Shown: positions 1 to 8,990 of the stretch, piece by piece
How the letters are laid out: every line of letters begins with the position of its first letter
Position numbering within the stretch: the stretch's first letter is position 1
Position numbers and translations under genes: made by a program
DNA from: an uncultured Clostridia bacterium
Lineage (GTDB): Bacteria; Bacillota; Clostridia; Christensenellales; UBA1242
Direction of reading: 5' to 3'
DNA length: 64,000 nucleotides
Assembly (NCBI GenBank): GCA_947584415.1
Contig: CANPWN010000002.1
Location: 27,692 to 91,691, forward strand
The notes under the pieces: model-generated
Seen by the model: the letters and a program-made list of their open reading frames with translations, nothing else
Told to the model about the DNA's origin: nothing
Databases searched by the model: none

Positions 1-556
1 TGAGCGCATTGATATGTCCAAAATCAAATGTTGGGATGAGATGAGGGTTGCAAGTGCATATTTGCAAAACTTCCTCATAAGTTCCAATTTGCATTTGTTT
101 TCCCATGGTTTCAGGGCAAAGATATATGCCTTCCAAAAGCCCCTGTTCATCCAAAGAATTGACCAAAGCGGAAATTCTTTCTTTTGCCAAATTGAACGCG
201 TCATTTCTGTCTGCCTTTCCAACTGACGCAGGGTGAAAAATGAGCCTGTCACTTCCAAAAGCACGAAGAAATTTTATGCCTGTGGTGATATAGCCGCAGG
301 TTTTTCCAAACATGATTTCATCAGGATTTGCAAAGTTGATAAAATATGGCGCGTGCAAAGATAATTTTATCCCCTCATTTTTAAACACATTTCCAATTTT
401 TTCAGCAGTTGCAATAGGCATGGTATATCCGCGACCGAAGGAATACTCAAAGGCGTCCAAGCCTTTTTCTTTAACCCATTTTGCCGCTTCCATTGTCGTC
501 TTGTGATTTTCTTTGAAGAAATCTTCACTGTTGCCTGCCGGCCCAAAAAGTGTCAT
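1..556 (-). CDS. Endonuclease IV / xylose-isomerase-like TIM-barrel family protein, 5' part (3' end lies beyond window start)
   Basis: Absent from the ORF track because the window edge truncates it. My translation of the reverse strand from ATG at 556 (SD GGAGAAAGT upstream) gives MTLFGPAGNSEDFFKENHK..LSLHAPYFINFANPDE..DRLIFHPAS..LCPETMGK..FDFGHINAL, open to position 1. The motif order resembles AP endonuclease family 2. Confidence 0.55.
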   Translation of the reverse strand, partial: MTLFGPAGNSEDFFKENHKTTMEAAKWVKEKGLDAFEYSFGRGYTMPIATAEKIGNVFKNEGIKLSLHAPYFINFANPDEIMFGKTCGYITTGIKFLRAFGSDRLIFHPASVGKADRNDAFNLAKERISALVNSLDEQGLLEGIYLCPETMGKQMQIGTYEEVLQICTCNPHLIPTFDFGHINAL

Positions 557-566
557 ACTTTCTCCT

Positions 567-1406
567 TTAATTTAATCTCATTTCAAGTTTTAAAAGTCCG
601 CCTTTAACCCTTCCAATCCCCAAGAAAGTGTTTTGAAAAAGCCTGTATTCACCGTCTTTTACATCAGTTTTAAGAATTTGCCCTTGCAAAAGTTTTTCTT
701 CCTCAGTTTGCGTTATATTCAATTTTTCGTAGTCAAACAACTCTTCGCATGGGATAATTTTGCATTTTCCTTTTTTTATTTCTTCCAAAGTTAAAGCGTC
801 TTTTAGTTGGAACTCTCCACATCTTGTGCGTATTATATCATAACACACGGCACATGTTGATAATGCACTCGCAACATCTCTGCAAATTGACCTTATGTAA
901 GTTCCTGAAGAGCAACTTATTTTGAAGGTGAAAAGGTTTTTTGAAACTTCTTTTTCGACTGACAAATCATAAATTTCAACCTCTTTTTTTTCAAGTGGAA
1001 CTTCTTTTCCAAGCCTTGCGAGGTCATAGGCCTTTTTCCCACCTACTTTTTTTGCTGAAAAATTTGGGGGCAACTGCATTTGCTTGCCAATAAAAGAAGG
1101 AATAACTTTTTCTATCATCTCTCTTGTTATGATTTTGTCATCAGTGCGAGTGATTGTGCCTTCCAAATCAAAAGTATCTGTTTCCTGACCGAAGCAAAAC
1201 GTTGAAAGATATTGTTTGTCTTTTTTTAGATACATGTCAAAAAGTTTTGTGGCGTTATCAAGCGTGATAACAAGCAGTCCTTCCGCCTCGACATCTAAAG
1301 TGCCAAGATGCCCTGCTTTTTTTGCCCCCACACACTTTCTTACTATGTTCACCGCAGAAAAAGATGAGAGGTGTCTTGGTTTGTTTAACAAGATTATGCC
1401 GCTCAT
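567..1406 (-). CDS. truB: tRNA pseudouridine-55 synthase TruB
   Basis: GIILLNKP..S.., catalytic GHLGTLD motif, and last position of the infB-rbfA-truB operon. Confidence 0.9.
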   Translation of the reverse strand: MSGIILLNKPRHLSSFSAVNIVRKCVGAKKAGHLGTLDVEAEGLLVITLDNATKLFDMYLKKDKQYLSTFCFGQETDTFDLEGTITRTDDKIITREMIEKVIPSFIGKQMQLPPNFSAKKVGGKKAYDLARLGKEVPLEKKEVEIYDLSVEKEVSKNLFTFKISCSSGTYIRSICRDVASALSTCAVCYDIIRTRCGEFQLKDALTLEEIKKGKCKIIPCEELFDYEKLNITQTEEEKLLQGQILKTDVKDGEYRLFQNTFLGIGRVKGGLLKLEMRLN

Positions 1407-2362
1407 CTGTTTTCCTTTATTGCTGATATAACTTTGGCTTTCACATCTTTTTCTTTGCCATACAGCATTGCACCAGCGGCGTTAATGTGTCCCCCGCCAC
1501 CAAGTGCGTTTGCTATACCCAAAACATTATGCAAACACTTTGAGCGCAAAGATATTGAAAAAGTGTCCTTTGCCCGTTGCTTTATTAGGCATGCAATATT
1601 GATGCCGTCTATATTTAAAAGTTGGCTTGCAAAATTTGAAAAGTCTGATGCTGATGCTTTAGCGCTGTTGTAATCATTTTCATTTAATACTGATATGCAC
1701 ACATCATCACTTATTTTTTCCATCTTTTCAATCATGATGGCTTCCATCTTTTTTGCTGGAAGTGTTGTGGTGCGCACAAGTTCCGTCACAAAGGTCGTGT
1801 CTGCGCCATATTCATAAAGTTTTAAGCCGTTGCGAAGTGTGCTTGCGGTCACATTTGTGTTGGAATAAAAGTTAGTGTCTGAGATAAGTCCTGCATACAA
1901 ATAAGTGGCTTCTCGGCGGTCTGGTTTTTTGCCAAAGGCTTCAATAACTTCCATTATTATTTCACTGCACGAAGAATATTTTGGGTTTGTAAGTTCCAAA
2001 GAAGTGTCATAATTAAGGCCTTTGTGGTGGTCAAAACGAATTGTGTTTGTGTGGGACTTAAAAAATGGTGCGTATTTCCCTATTCTGTCGGCGTTTGCAC
2101 AATCAACGCTTATAAGACAATCATATTCCTTTGGCTGAGTGCTTAAAAGTGTGGTGTCAAACAAGCGAGCATCAATTTCTGATATTTCGCTGTCAATAAA
2201 CATTTCAACTTCTTTGCCAATTCTTTTCAAAAAGTGAGACAAGGCATAAAGTGATGCAAGCGTGTCCAAATCATAATTCATGTGTGAAAAAACACCAATT
2301 TTTTTTGCCGCTTTTATGGTTTCAATAATTTTTAATAGTTTAGTTGTTTGATTCATCATCAT
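1403..2362 (-). CDS. nrnA: DHH/DHHA1 phosphoesterase (NrnA-like oligoribonuclease/pAp phosphatase)
   Basis: DHH-type N-terminus (SHMNYDLD, DCAN, RFDHH) and DHHA1 motif GGGGHINAAGA. Sits between rbfA and truB. Confidence 0.8.
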   Translation of the reverse strand: MMMNQTTKLLKIIETIKAAKKIGVFSHMNYDLDTLASLYALSHFLKRIGKEVEMFIDSEISEIDARLFDTTLLSTQPKEYDCLISVDCANADRIGKYAPFFKSHTNTIRFDHHKGLNYDTSLELTNPKYSSCSEIIMEVIEAFGKKPDRREATYLYAGLISDTNFYSNTNVTASTLRNGLKLYEYGADTTFVTELVRTTTLPAKKMEAIMIEKMEKISDDVCISVLNENDYNSAKASASDFSNFASQLLNIDGINIACLIKQRAKDTFSISLRSKCLHNVLGIANALGGGGHINAAGAMLYGKEKDVKAKVISAIKENR

Positions 2363-2717
2363 CCTCTTCTAACGGAATTTCAAGGCTATTTAAAAGTTCT
2401 TCAACGCGCAATGCATTTTGCATGTTTTTGTCAAATTCAAAATCAAGTTTTGGAATATATGGCATGTCAAGCATTTGTGAAAGTTTGTTTTTTATGAACC
2501 CTTCAGAACGCCTTAAAACTTTTATCACTTCTTCAGCATTTTCATACTTGCCATCAGTTAGCGCAATTTTTACTTTTGCAAATCTGAAGTCAGGCGTCAC
2601 TTTAACATTGCTTACTGCAACAAAACTGTTGATTCGAGGGTCGTTCATTTGATTTGTTATGATGTGCTGCAATGTCTTTTGCAGCCTAGATGACGCCCTT
2701 TCAATTCTGTTTGACAT
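2340..2717 (-). CDS. rbfA: Ribosome-binding factor A
   Basis: R..R....l...i..il...l.DPR pattern (RIERASSRLQKTLQHIITNQMNDPRI). Directly downstream of infB. Confidence 0.9.
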   Translation of the reverse strand: MSNRIERASSRLQKTLQHIITNQMNDPRINSFVAVSNVKVTPDFRFAKVKIALTDGKYENAEEVIKVLRRSEGFIKNKLSQMLDMPYIPKLDFEFDKNMQNALRVEELLNSLEIPLEEDDDESNN

Positions 2718-2720
2718 CTC

Positions 2721-5162
2721 TTACCCCCTGTTTATTGGAACATTGATTGCAAATTCTATTGTGTCACCTTCTTTGAAATCAAGATTGTCATGCAGTTTAA
2801 TTCCACACTCATATCCCTTTGCAACTTCTGCTTTTTCATCTTTGACAATCTTAAGGCTTTCAACAGTTGTTGAGCCAATCTCTTCGCCATCTCGCATAAC
2901 TTTTGCTATGCAGCCTCTTGTGACTTTTCCGTCCTTAACCATGCAACCAGCAACTTTTCCTGCGGTTGAAAGTTTGAATACCATCCTGATTTCCGCGCTG
3001 CCAATATACTGCTCTTCATACTTGATTGAAAGCATGCCGTTGATTGCGCGCGTTATGTCGTCAACAACTTCATATATGATTTTATATTCTTTGATTTCAA
3101 CCTTCTCTCTATCCGCCAAAATCTTTGCTTTGCCTGAGGCTTTGAGGTTAAAGGATATGATGATTGATTTTGTTGTTTGAGCAAGCACAACATCGCTTTC
3201 TGTGACAGGACCTGGCGCTGCGTGAACAATGTTGACTTTTGCCTCCTCGTTGCTTATTGGACTTAAGGTTGCGCTCAATGCCTCCACAGAGCCTTGTGTG
3301 TCTGCCTTTATGATGATGTTAAGGTTTTTGAGCATGCCTTCATGCACTCTGTCCATAAAGCCGTCCAAACTTACGCCAGAGGTTTTGAGTGCCTTTTCTT
3401 TCTTTATTCTGTCAATACGCTCTTGGATGACCTGCTTTGACATTGTTTCGCTCACAACATAGAATTCGTCACCTGATGATGGAACTTCGGTGAACCCAAG
3501 CACTGATATTGGCGTTGATGGAAGGGCTTGTTTAACAGGTTTTCCATGTTCGTCAAACATTGCCTTAACTTTGCCATAAGTAAGTCCAGCAAGAAAACTG
3601 TCGCCCACTTTGAGCGTTCCATTTTGAACAAGCACCGTGGCAACTGGCCCTCGGTTTTTGTCAAGTTCGGCCTCAAGAATAACACCTGTCGCTTTGCGGT
3701 CAGGGTTTGCCTTTAATTCTTCCATGTCAGCGACAAGCAAAATCATTGACTTAAGTTCGTCAAGCCCTTGTCCTGTTTTTGCTGATATTGGAACAACAAC
3801 TGTGTTTCCGCCCCACTCTTCTGGCAAGATGTCATGTTCGGTGAGTTGTTGCTTTGTTTTTTCTATGTTCGCTTCTGGTTTGTCAATTTTGTTTATTGCA
3901 ACAATCATAGGCACACCGGCAGCCTTGATATGATTGATTGCTTCAACAGTTTGAGGCATAATGCCATCATCAGCGGCAACAACCAAAATTGCTATGTCGG
4001 TCGCTTTTGCACCACGTGCGCGCATTTGTGTGAACGCTGCGTGACCTGGAGTGTCAATGAAAGTGATTTTTTCGTTGTTAAAAGTGATTTGATAAGCGCC
4101 TATCTTTTGAGTTATTCCGCCCGCTTCACTTAAGGCCACATTGCTCTTTCTAAAGGCGTCTAACAGGCTTGTTTTTCCATGGTCGACATGACCCATAACT
4201 GTGACAACAGGTGGACGCTTTTTGAGGAGTTTCTCGTCATCAACTGTGCTCTCGTCAATAAGTTTTTCCTCCATGGTTTTGTCTTTTTTAAGTTCCAAAG
4301 TGATGCCAAATTCACTGCAAACAAGTTCAGCGGTGTCAAAATCTATGGATGAATTGATTGTTGCCATGATGCCAAGTATCATCAACTTTTTGACAATTTC
4401 AACAACAGGCTTTCCCGTTTTTTCGCTCAAATCCTTAACAGAAATTTCTGGACTTGAAAGGACAACATGCGTCACCTTTGGAGCAAGTTGAACTTCTTGC
4501 TTTTTCTTGGCTTTGATTGAAAGTTTTCTTGAACCCATGGTGGTTTCTTCAAAGCCGTCCTCACTCATGGTGATGATGCTCTTTCGGTTGTCCATCCCTT
4601 TCTTCATTGCTGGGCGAGATTTTTCTTCAGGTATATTTTTCTTTGGAGATTTGTTTTTGTTGCCATAATTTCGCTCAGGAGTGACCATAATTTGTTCATC
4701 AGGTGCGAAAGAGCGGAAATTATTGACTTTTGTTGAAACAAAGTTGCTGCCTTTGTTTTGTCCTGATTTGTTTGAAAAATTAGGTTTTTTGTTTGGGTCA
4801 AAACCACCTTTTTGGCCAAAAGGACGGCTTCCATTTTGATTTTGCGGTTTTTTAAAGTCTTGATTTGGCTTTTGATTAAAGTTTTTCTGGTCAAATTTTT
4901 TGAAGTTTGTGTTCTCTTGCTTTGCAGGTTGTGACAAAGGCTGCTGAGGTGCTGGAGCAGGTTTTATTTCCTTTTCCACCGCAGTTTTTTCTTCTGCTTG
5001 CTTTTCCTTTGCTAAAACAAGTTTTTTTGCATTTTGCAAAAGTCGTGCTTGCTCATCAAGTTGAGATTTAAGGTTTCTTATTTCCCTAAGTTTCTCAAGC
5101 AAGTTGCCGTCTTTTTGCAGCGCATGAATTGTTTTAAGATTGTTAAGTCCTTGATTTGCCAA
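2721..5162 (-). CDS. infB: Translation initiation factor IF-2
   Basis: GTPase motifs GHVDHGKTSLLD, DTPGH, NKID. Low-complexity N-terminus. TTG start with GGAG SD. Confidence 0.97.
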   Translation of the reverse strand: MANQGLNNLKTIHALQKDGNLLEKLREIRNLKSQLDEQARLLQNAKKLVLAKEKQAEEKTAVEKEIKPAPAPQQPLSQPAKQENTNFKKFDQKNFNQKPNQDFKKPQNQNGSRPFGQKGGFDPNKKPNFSNKSGQNKGSNFVSTKVNNFRSFAPDEQIMVTPERNYGNKNKSPKKNIPEEKSRPAMKKGMDNRKSIITMSEDGFEETTMGSRKLSIKAKKKQEVQLAPKVTHVVLSSPEISVKDLSEKTGKPVVEIVKKLMILGIMATINSSIDFDTAELVCSEFGITLELKKDKTMEEKLIDESTVDDEKLLKKRPPVVTVMGHVDHGKTSLLDAFRKSNVALSEAGGITQKIGAYQITFNNEKITFIDTPGHAAFTQMRARGAKATDIAILVVAADDGIMPQTVEAINHIKAAGVPMIVAINKIDKPEANIEKTKQQLTEHDILPEEWGGNTVVVPISAKTGQGLDELKSMILLVADMEELKANPDRKATGVILEAELDKNRGPVATVLVQNGTLKVGDSFLAGLTYGKVKAMFDEHGKPVKQALPSTPISVLGFTEVPSSGDEFYVVSETMSKQVIQERIDRIKKEKALKTSGVSLDGFMDRVHEGMLKNLNIIIKADTQGSVEALSATLSPISNEEAKVNIVHAAPGPVTESDVVLAQTTKSIIISFNLKASGKAKILADREKVEIKEYKIIYEVVDDITRAINGMLSIKYEEQYIGSAEIRMVFKLSTAGKVAGCMVKDGKVTRGCIAKVMRDGEEIGSTTVESLKIVKDEKAEVAKGYECGIKLHDNLDFKEGDTIEFAINVPINRG

Positions 5163-5173
5163 AATTTACTCCT

Positions 5174-5455
5174 TCAATTTATTTGTTTTAAAATTTCGTC
5201 TGCCAAACCCTTGTTTTTTATTCCAATAATTTTGTAGGTTTTGTTGTTAAGTTCCCCTAAGTTTTCTATTTCGCGCCCTTCAATTCCCGTTTCAATAAGT
5301 TTTTCATAGACTTTGCGAGAACTTTTTTGAGCGTTTGTGTCAAGCAGCACAAGATACAACTTTTTGTTGTAAGTGGCAAGTTTGTCGCTGCCAATAATCA
5401 CATATCCGGCTTTTAGCGCTATCCCTATATAAGCACTCAAACTTTCTCTTTGCAC
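5174..5455 (-). CDS. ylxQ: L7Ae-family RNA-binding protein YlxQ
   Basis: Size, the GIALKAGYVIIGSDKL pattern, and position between ylxR and infB. Confidence 0.75.
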   Translation of the reverse strand: MQRESLSAYIGIALKAGYVIIGSDKLATYNKKLYLVLLDTNAQKSSRKVYEKLIETGIEGREIENLGELNNKTYKIIGIKNKGLADEILKQIN

Positions 5456-5706
5456 GCTTTTATCAACTCCTCATAGATTTGTTCAGGAACTTCACATTTA
5501 AAGTTTTTGTTGAGAACTTTTGTTTTTTTCAGTTTTTCATGGCATGCTTCGTTTTTGCAAATATATGCACCTCTGCCCGCCATTTTGCCCGTTCTGTCAA
5601 CATAAAAGTTTCCGTCTTTATTTTTTACGACTCTGATAAGTTCGCGCTTGTCAAACATGTTTCGACAAACTATACACATACGCTCTGGTGGTTTTTTATT
5701 CATCAC
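5437..5706 (-). CDS. ylxR: YlxR/RnpM (DUF448) RNA-binding protein
   Basis: RMCIVCR...K.ELIRVV......VD..GK..GRGAYIC signature. Downstream of nusA. Confidence 0.85.
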   Translation of the reverse strand: MMNKKPPERMCIVCRNMFDKRELIRVVKNKDGNFYVDRTGKMAGRGAYICKNEACHEKLKKTKVLNKNFKCEVPEQIYEELIKACKEKV

Positions 5707-6856
5707 CCTCTTCCTTTATTTCATCCAAGTCATCAAAGGACTCAAAGGACTCTTCATCTTCAAGTTCGGTAAGTTCGTATTCAACTTCCTTTGGCTCTTG
5801 CTTTTCTGCACCCCCTAAAGTTGAACTTTCAGGTTTAACTTCAATCTTCCACCCTGTCAGTCTTGCTGCAAGACGCACATTTTGTCCGTTTTTGCCTATT
5901 GCAAGCGACAATTTGTCATCAGGAACAATAACTCTTGACGCGTTAAGGCTTTCGTTTGTTTCAACGCTCAAAACTTTTGCAGGACTAAGAGCGCGAGCAA
6001 TATATTCAAGTGGGTCCTCGCTGTAAAGAATAAGGTCAACTTTTTCGCCATTGAGTTCGGAAACAATTGTGTTTATTCTTATGCCATGATTTCCTACGCA
6101 ACTGCCAATTGGGTCAATGTTCGGTTTTTCAGTGTAAAGTGCAACTTTGCTTCTGCTGCCTGGGTCACGCGCAATATTTTTGATTTTAACATCTCCTGAC
6201 GCAATTTCAGGAATTTCAAGTTCAAACACTTTTCTTACAAAACCAATGTTACTTCTTGTAACTTGAATTTGTGGGCCACGGAAGGAATCTTTAATGCGTT
6301 TGACATAGACTTTAATTCTTTGTCCAACCTCATATTTTTCCCCTGGGATTTGGTCGGTTGGAAGCATAATGCCTTCAACATGTGAGCCAGAAATTTGAAC
6401 ATAAACTGTGCCATTGTCAATTCTCTTCACAATGGTTGTTAAAAGTTCGTCCTCTTTTTCAGAAATCTCGCTGGCTGCCATTTCGCGTTCCATTTCTTTA
6501 AGCCTTTGCATAACAACCTGCTTTGCAGTTTGTGCGGCAATACGGCCAAAGTCCTTGGTTGACTCCTCTGTGGCAACTTCATCTCCAAGTTTGTAAGATT
6601 TTTTAATCAGTCTTGCTTCCTGCAAAGATATTTCTTTGTCTGGGTCGGTCACTTCGTCAACAACAGTTTTATAAGAAAAAATCCTGATTGTGCTTTTTTC
6701 TGGTGATAATTTCACAGACGCGCTCTTTGCCTCGCCATACATTTTTTTATAGGCGGATGTTAAAGCATATTCAAGTGCTTCAATAAACTTTTCCTTGTTG
6801 ATTTTCTTTTCTGTTTCCAAGTCCTCAAGTGCTTGGAAGAAGTCCTTATTTATCAT
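5696..6856 (-). CDS. nusA: Transcription termination/antitermination factor NusA
   Basis: S1 and tandem KH regions (GDVKIKNIARDPGSRSKVA.., IGSCVGNHGIRI, AIGKNGQNVRLAARLTGWKI). Confidence 0.95.
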   Translation of the reverse strand: MINKDFFQALEDLETEKKINKEKFIEALEYALTSAYKKMYGEAKSASVKLSPEKSTIRIFSYKTVVDEVTDPDKEISLQEARLIKKSYKLGDEVATEESTKDFGRIAAQTAKQVVMQRLKEMEREMAASEISEKEDELLTTIVKRIDNGTVYVQISGSHVEGIMLPTDQIPGEKYEVGQRIKVYVKRIKDSFRGPQIQVTRSNIGFVRKVFELEIPEIASGDVKIKNIARDPGSRSKVALYTEKPNIDPIGSCVGNHGIRINTIVSELNGEKVDLILYSEDPLEYIARALSPAKVLSVETNESLNASRVIVPDDKLSLAIGKNGQNVRLAARLTGWKIEVKPESSTLGGAEKQEPKEVEYELTELEDEESFESFDDLDEIKEEGDE

Positions 6857-6867
6857 TTTTTTCTCCT

Positions 6868-7326
6868 TTAAAATTTGACTATAGGCACAATGTGTGCAAT
6901 TTTGCTTTTGGCAAAAAGAAGTTTTTGATTGTTTGAAATAATTTCAACTTCGCTTTCAGAATATCCATTTAGCGTTCCAACAAATTTTTTCTTGCCATCA
7001 AGTTTTGTGAAGAGCGTTATTTCAATTTCCTGCCCCATATTGCGTTTGAAATCTCTTTCGGTTTTGATAGGTCTATCAAGTCCTGGTGAACTAACCGACA
7101 AGATGTATGGCTTGTCCTCAGTTGGATTAAGTTCATCCAAGATTGGGTCAATCTTCTTTGTGACAATTTCGCAATCATCAATGGTGATGCCTTTGTCATT
7201 GTCTATGGTGATAAGAAGTGTCATGTTGCCGTTTTCTTTTTGATAAGTCACTTCAACAAGTTCATATCCCATTTCCTCTATGATTGGCCTCAGTTTTTCT
7301 TCGCAGATATCTTTGACTTTTGACAA
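6868..7326 (-). CDS. rimP: Ribosome maturation factor RimP
   Basis: G.ELV.V.., L.V.ID...GI..DDC, LSVSSPGLDRPI. TTG start after AAGGAGG. Confidence 0.9.
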   Translation of the reverse strand: MSKVKDICEEKLRPIIEEMGYELVEVTYQKENGNMTLLITIDNDKGITIDDCEIVTKKIDPILDELNPTEDKPYILSVSSPGLDRPIKTERDFKRNMGQEIEITLFTKLDGKKKFVGTLNGYSESEVEIISNNQKLLFAKSKIAHIVPIVKF

Positions 7327-7346
7327 TTTTTCCTCCTTCTACAAAT

Positions 7347-7370
7347 GAAGTGGGCATCACTGCCCACTTC
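7347..7370 (-). promoter_or_regulatory. 10-bp perfect hairpin in the rimP-nusA leader
   Basis: GAAGTGGGCA-tcac-TGCCCACTTC between the putative promoter and the rimP SD. No T-tract follows, so it is not a classical terminator. Confidence 0.4.
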
Positions 7371-7389
7371 CAAAATTTCTAGTCAATTT

Positions 7390-7418
7390 AATATATCATA
7401 ATTTTTGCCATAAAGCAA
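7390..7418 (-). promoter_or_regulatory. Putative sigma-A promoter of the rimP-nusA-infB operon
   Basis: The reverse strand reads TTGCTT, a 17-nt spacer, then TATATT. Confidence 0.45.
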
Positions 7419-7451
7419 GAAAAAATCAACATTTTTTTAAGATTTTTAATT

Positions 7452-8981
7452 TTAATTTGCCTCGTTAAGTTTGAGAAGGACTTTTGCCGTTGCAAAAGCA
7501 TCATTATATGCCCTGTGAGCGCCTTTTAAATCTATTCCAAGCGCCGCCGCAACAGTTGTCAATTTGAGGTTGTTTGTTTTTAATTTTTTTGTTCTTGCAA
7601 GCAAAAAGACATCAAGATTTTGATTTGTCAATTTAAGTCCCACCTTTGCCAGTGCTTTTTTTAAAAATTTGTTGTCAAAATCTGTGTTGTTATAGCCTGA
7701 AATGATGCACCCCTCACAGAAATTGTAAAAATCAACAATAACATCTTCAATTTTTGGCGCATTTGCCACCATTTCATTTGTTATATGGTTGATTTTTATT
7801 GTTTCGTCACTGATTTTGTTTAGAGGTTTAACAAATGAAGCAAACCTTTTTGTGATTTTGCCTTTTTCAATTTTGATTGCTCCAATTTCAATTATTTCAT
7901 CAAGTTCAGGGTTAAGCCCGGTTGTTTCCAAGTCATAAACAACAATGTTGCTTGATGCAATAGGTTCGTTATATGTCGGTTCTTTCACAAAAATATTTTC
8001 TTGTTGGTGGTCCTTAAAATCTTCAATTTCAGCAACCACTTTATGCTGGGAAAAATCAACCTCTTCTTCTTCATTTGGCATCACTTTTGTTTGCGCAAGC
8101 GCCATGGCCTTAATGTAATATGTAAGTTTATCATCAAGACCTGGTCTTAAGTCGCCCAAGCACAAAAAGTTCATGCCGTCAGCAAGTGCCTTGCATTTGT
8201 TTTCGTTTGATTTTGGGCAAAAATAGATGCAGTCCAAAGTTTTTCCGTCATACAAGTTGAACGAAAAATAACTTTTGCTCTCCCCTTTGCGCTTGCCTTT
8301 TTTTATGGTGAATTCCTTTTTTGTCACCTTTGAAATTTTGCCAAAAAGAATAAGAGAGGTTTTTGGCGAGGTGTTGTTTTTGATAAGTTCTGGGAAAGGT
8401 TGAATTTTGCTGCCAAACAAATCTTTGATAATTGTGACCTCATATCTATATGTCTTTTTGGGTTTTACGCTGATTGGGACAAAAGGTATGTCGCTGGAGA
8501 TAGCATATTTTTCATCAACAATCAATTTGACTGAAAAGTTTGCAATAAATTCATTTTGCAGAAAGGAAATAAGTTTTTTTTGAACAAAATTTGCTTCAAA
8601 AAGATTGTAAACCTGCTCGCATACGGAAAGCGAAAGCAAAACATTTTCGCCTTCAATTGTAACGCCAATTTGCTCTTCGCTGATTTGTGACAAAATTGAT
8701 TTGTAATTTTGCGCAAAAAAGTCCAATATAACTTTTTTTATAAGCCTTTCATCAAGAAAGCTTTTTTTGAATTTAACCCTTATTTTTGAATTCAATTTGA
8801 GATTATCTTCCACAAGTTTTTGAATAAAAGACCTTGTTTCATTGTCAATTTGATTTTTTTCAGGATACAAAAATGTGATTTCACACTCACCTAATTCTTT
8901 GTCAAGAAAAACGCTGTATAGTTTCAAAAAACCATACTTTCCGCCTTCCGCCTGCATAAGTGCCCGTGTCAATATATCCAT
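7452..8981 (-). CDS. PolC-like N-terminal domain + OB fold + DEDDh 3'-5' exonuclease; no PHP or polymerase domains
   Basis: Exo motifs VVYDLETTGL (ExoI), GYNNTDFDNKFL (ExoII), HRAYNDAFATAKV (ExoIII, His type). An OB-like segment lies upstream (ILFGKISKVTKKEFTIKKGKRKGESKSYFSFNLYDGKTLDCIYF). The gene occupies the polC position upstream of rimP. Confidence 0.6.
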   Translation of the reverse strand: MDILTRALMQAEGGKYGFLKLYSVFLDKELGECEITFLYPEKNQIDNETRSFIQKLVEDNLKLNSKIRVKFKKSFLDERLIKKVILDFFAQNYKSILSQISEEQIGVTIEGENVLLSLSVCEQVYNLFEANFVQKKLISFLQNEFIANFSVKLIVDEKYAISSDIPFVPISVKPKKTYRYEVTIIKDLFGSKIQPFPELIKNNTSPKTSLILFGKISKVTKKEFTIKKGKRKGESKSYFSFNLYDGKTLDCIYFCPKSNENKCKALADGMNFLCLGDLRPGLDDKLTYYIKAMALAQTKVMPNEEEEVDFSQHKVVAEIEDFKDHQQENIFVKEPTYNEPIASSNIVVYDLETTGLNPELDEIIEIGAIKIEKGKITKRFASFVKPLNKISDETIKINHITNEMVANAPKIEDVIVDFYNFCEGCIISGYNNTDFDNKFLKKALAKVGLKLTNQNLDVFLLARTKKLKTNNLKLTTVAAALGIDLKGAHRAYNDAFATAKVLLKLNEAN

Positions 8982-8990
8982 ACTTTTAGT

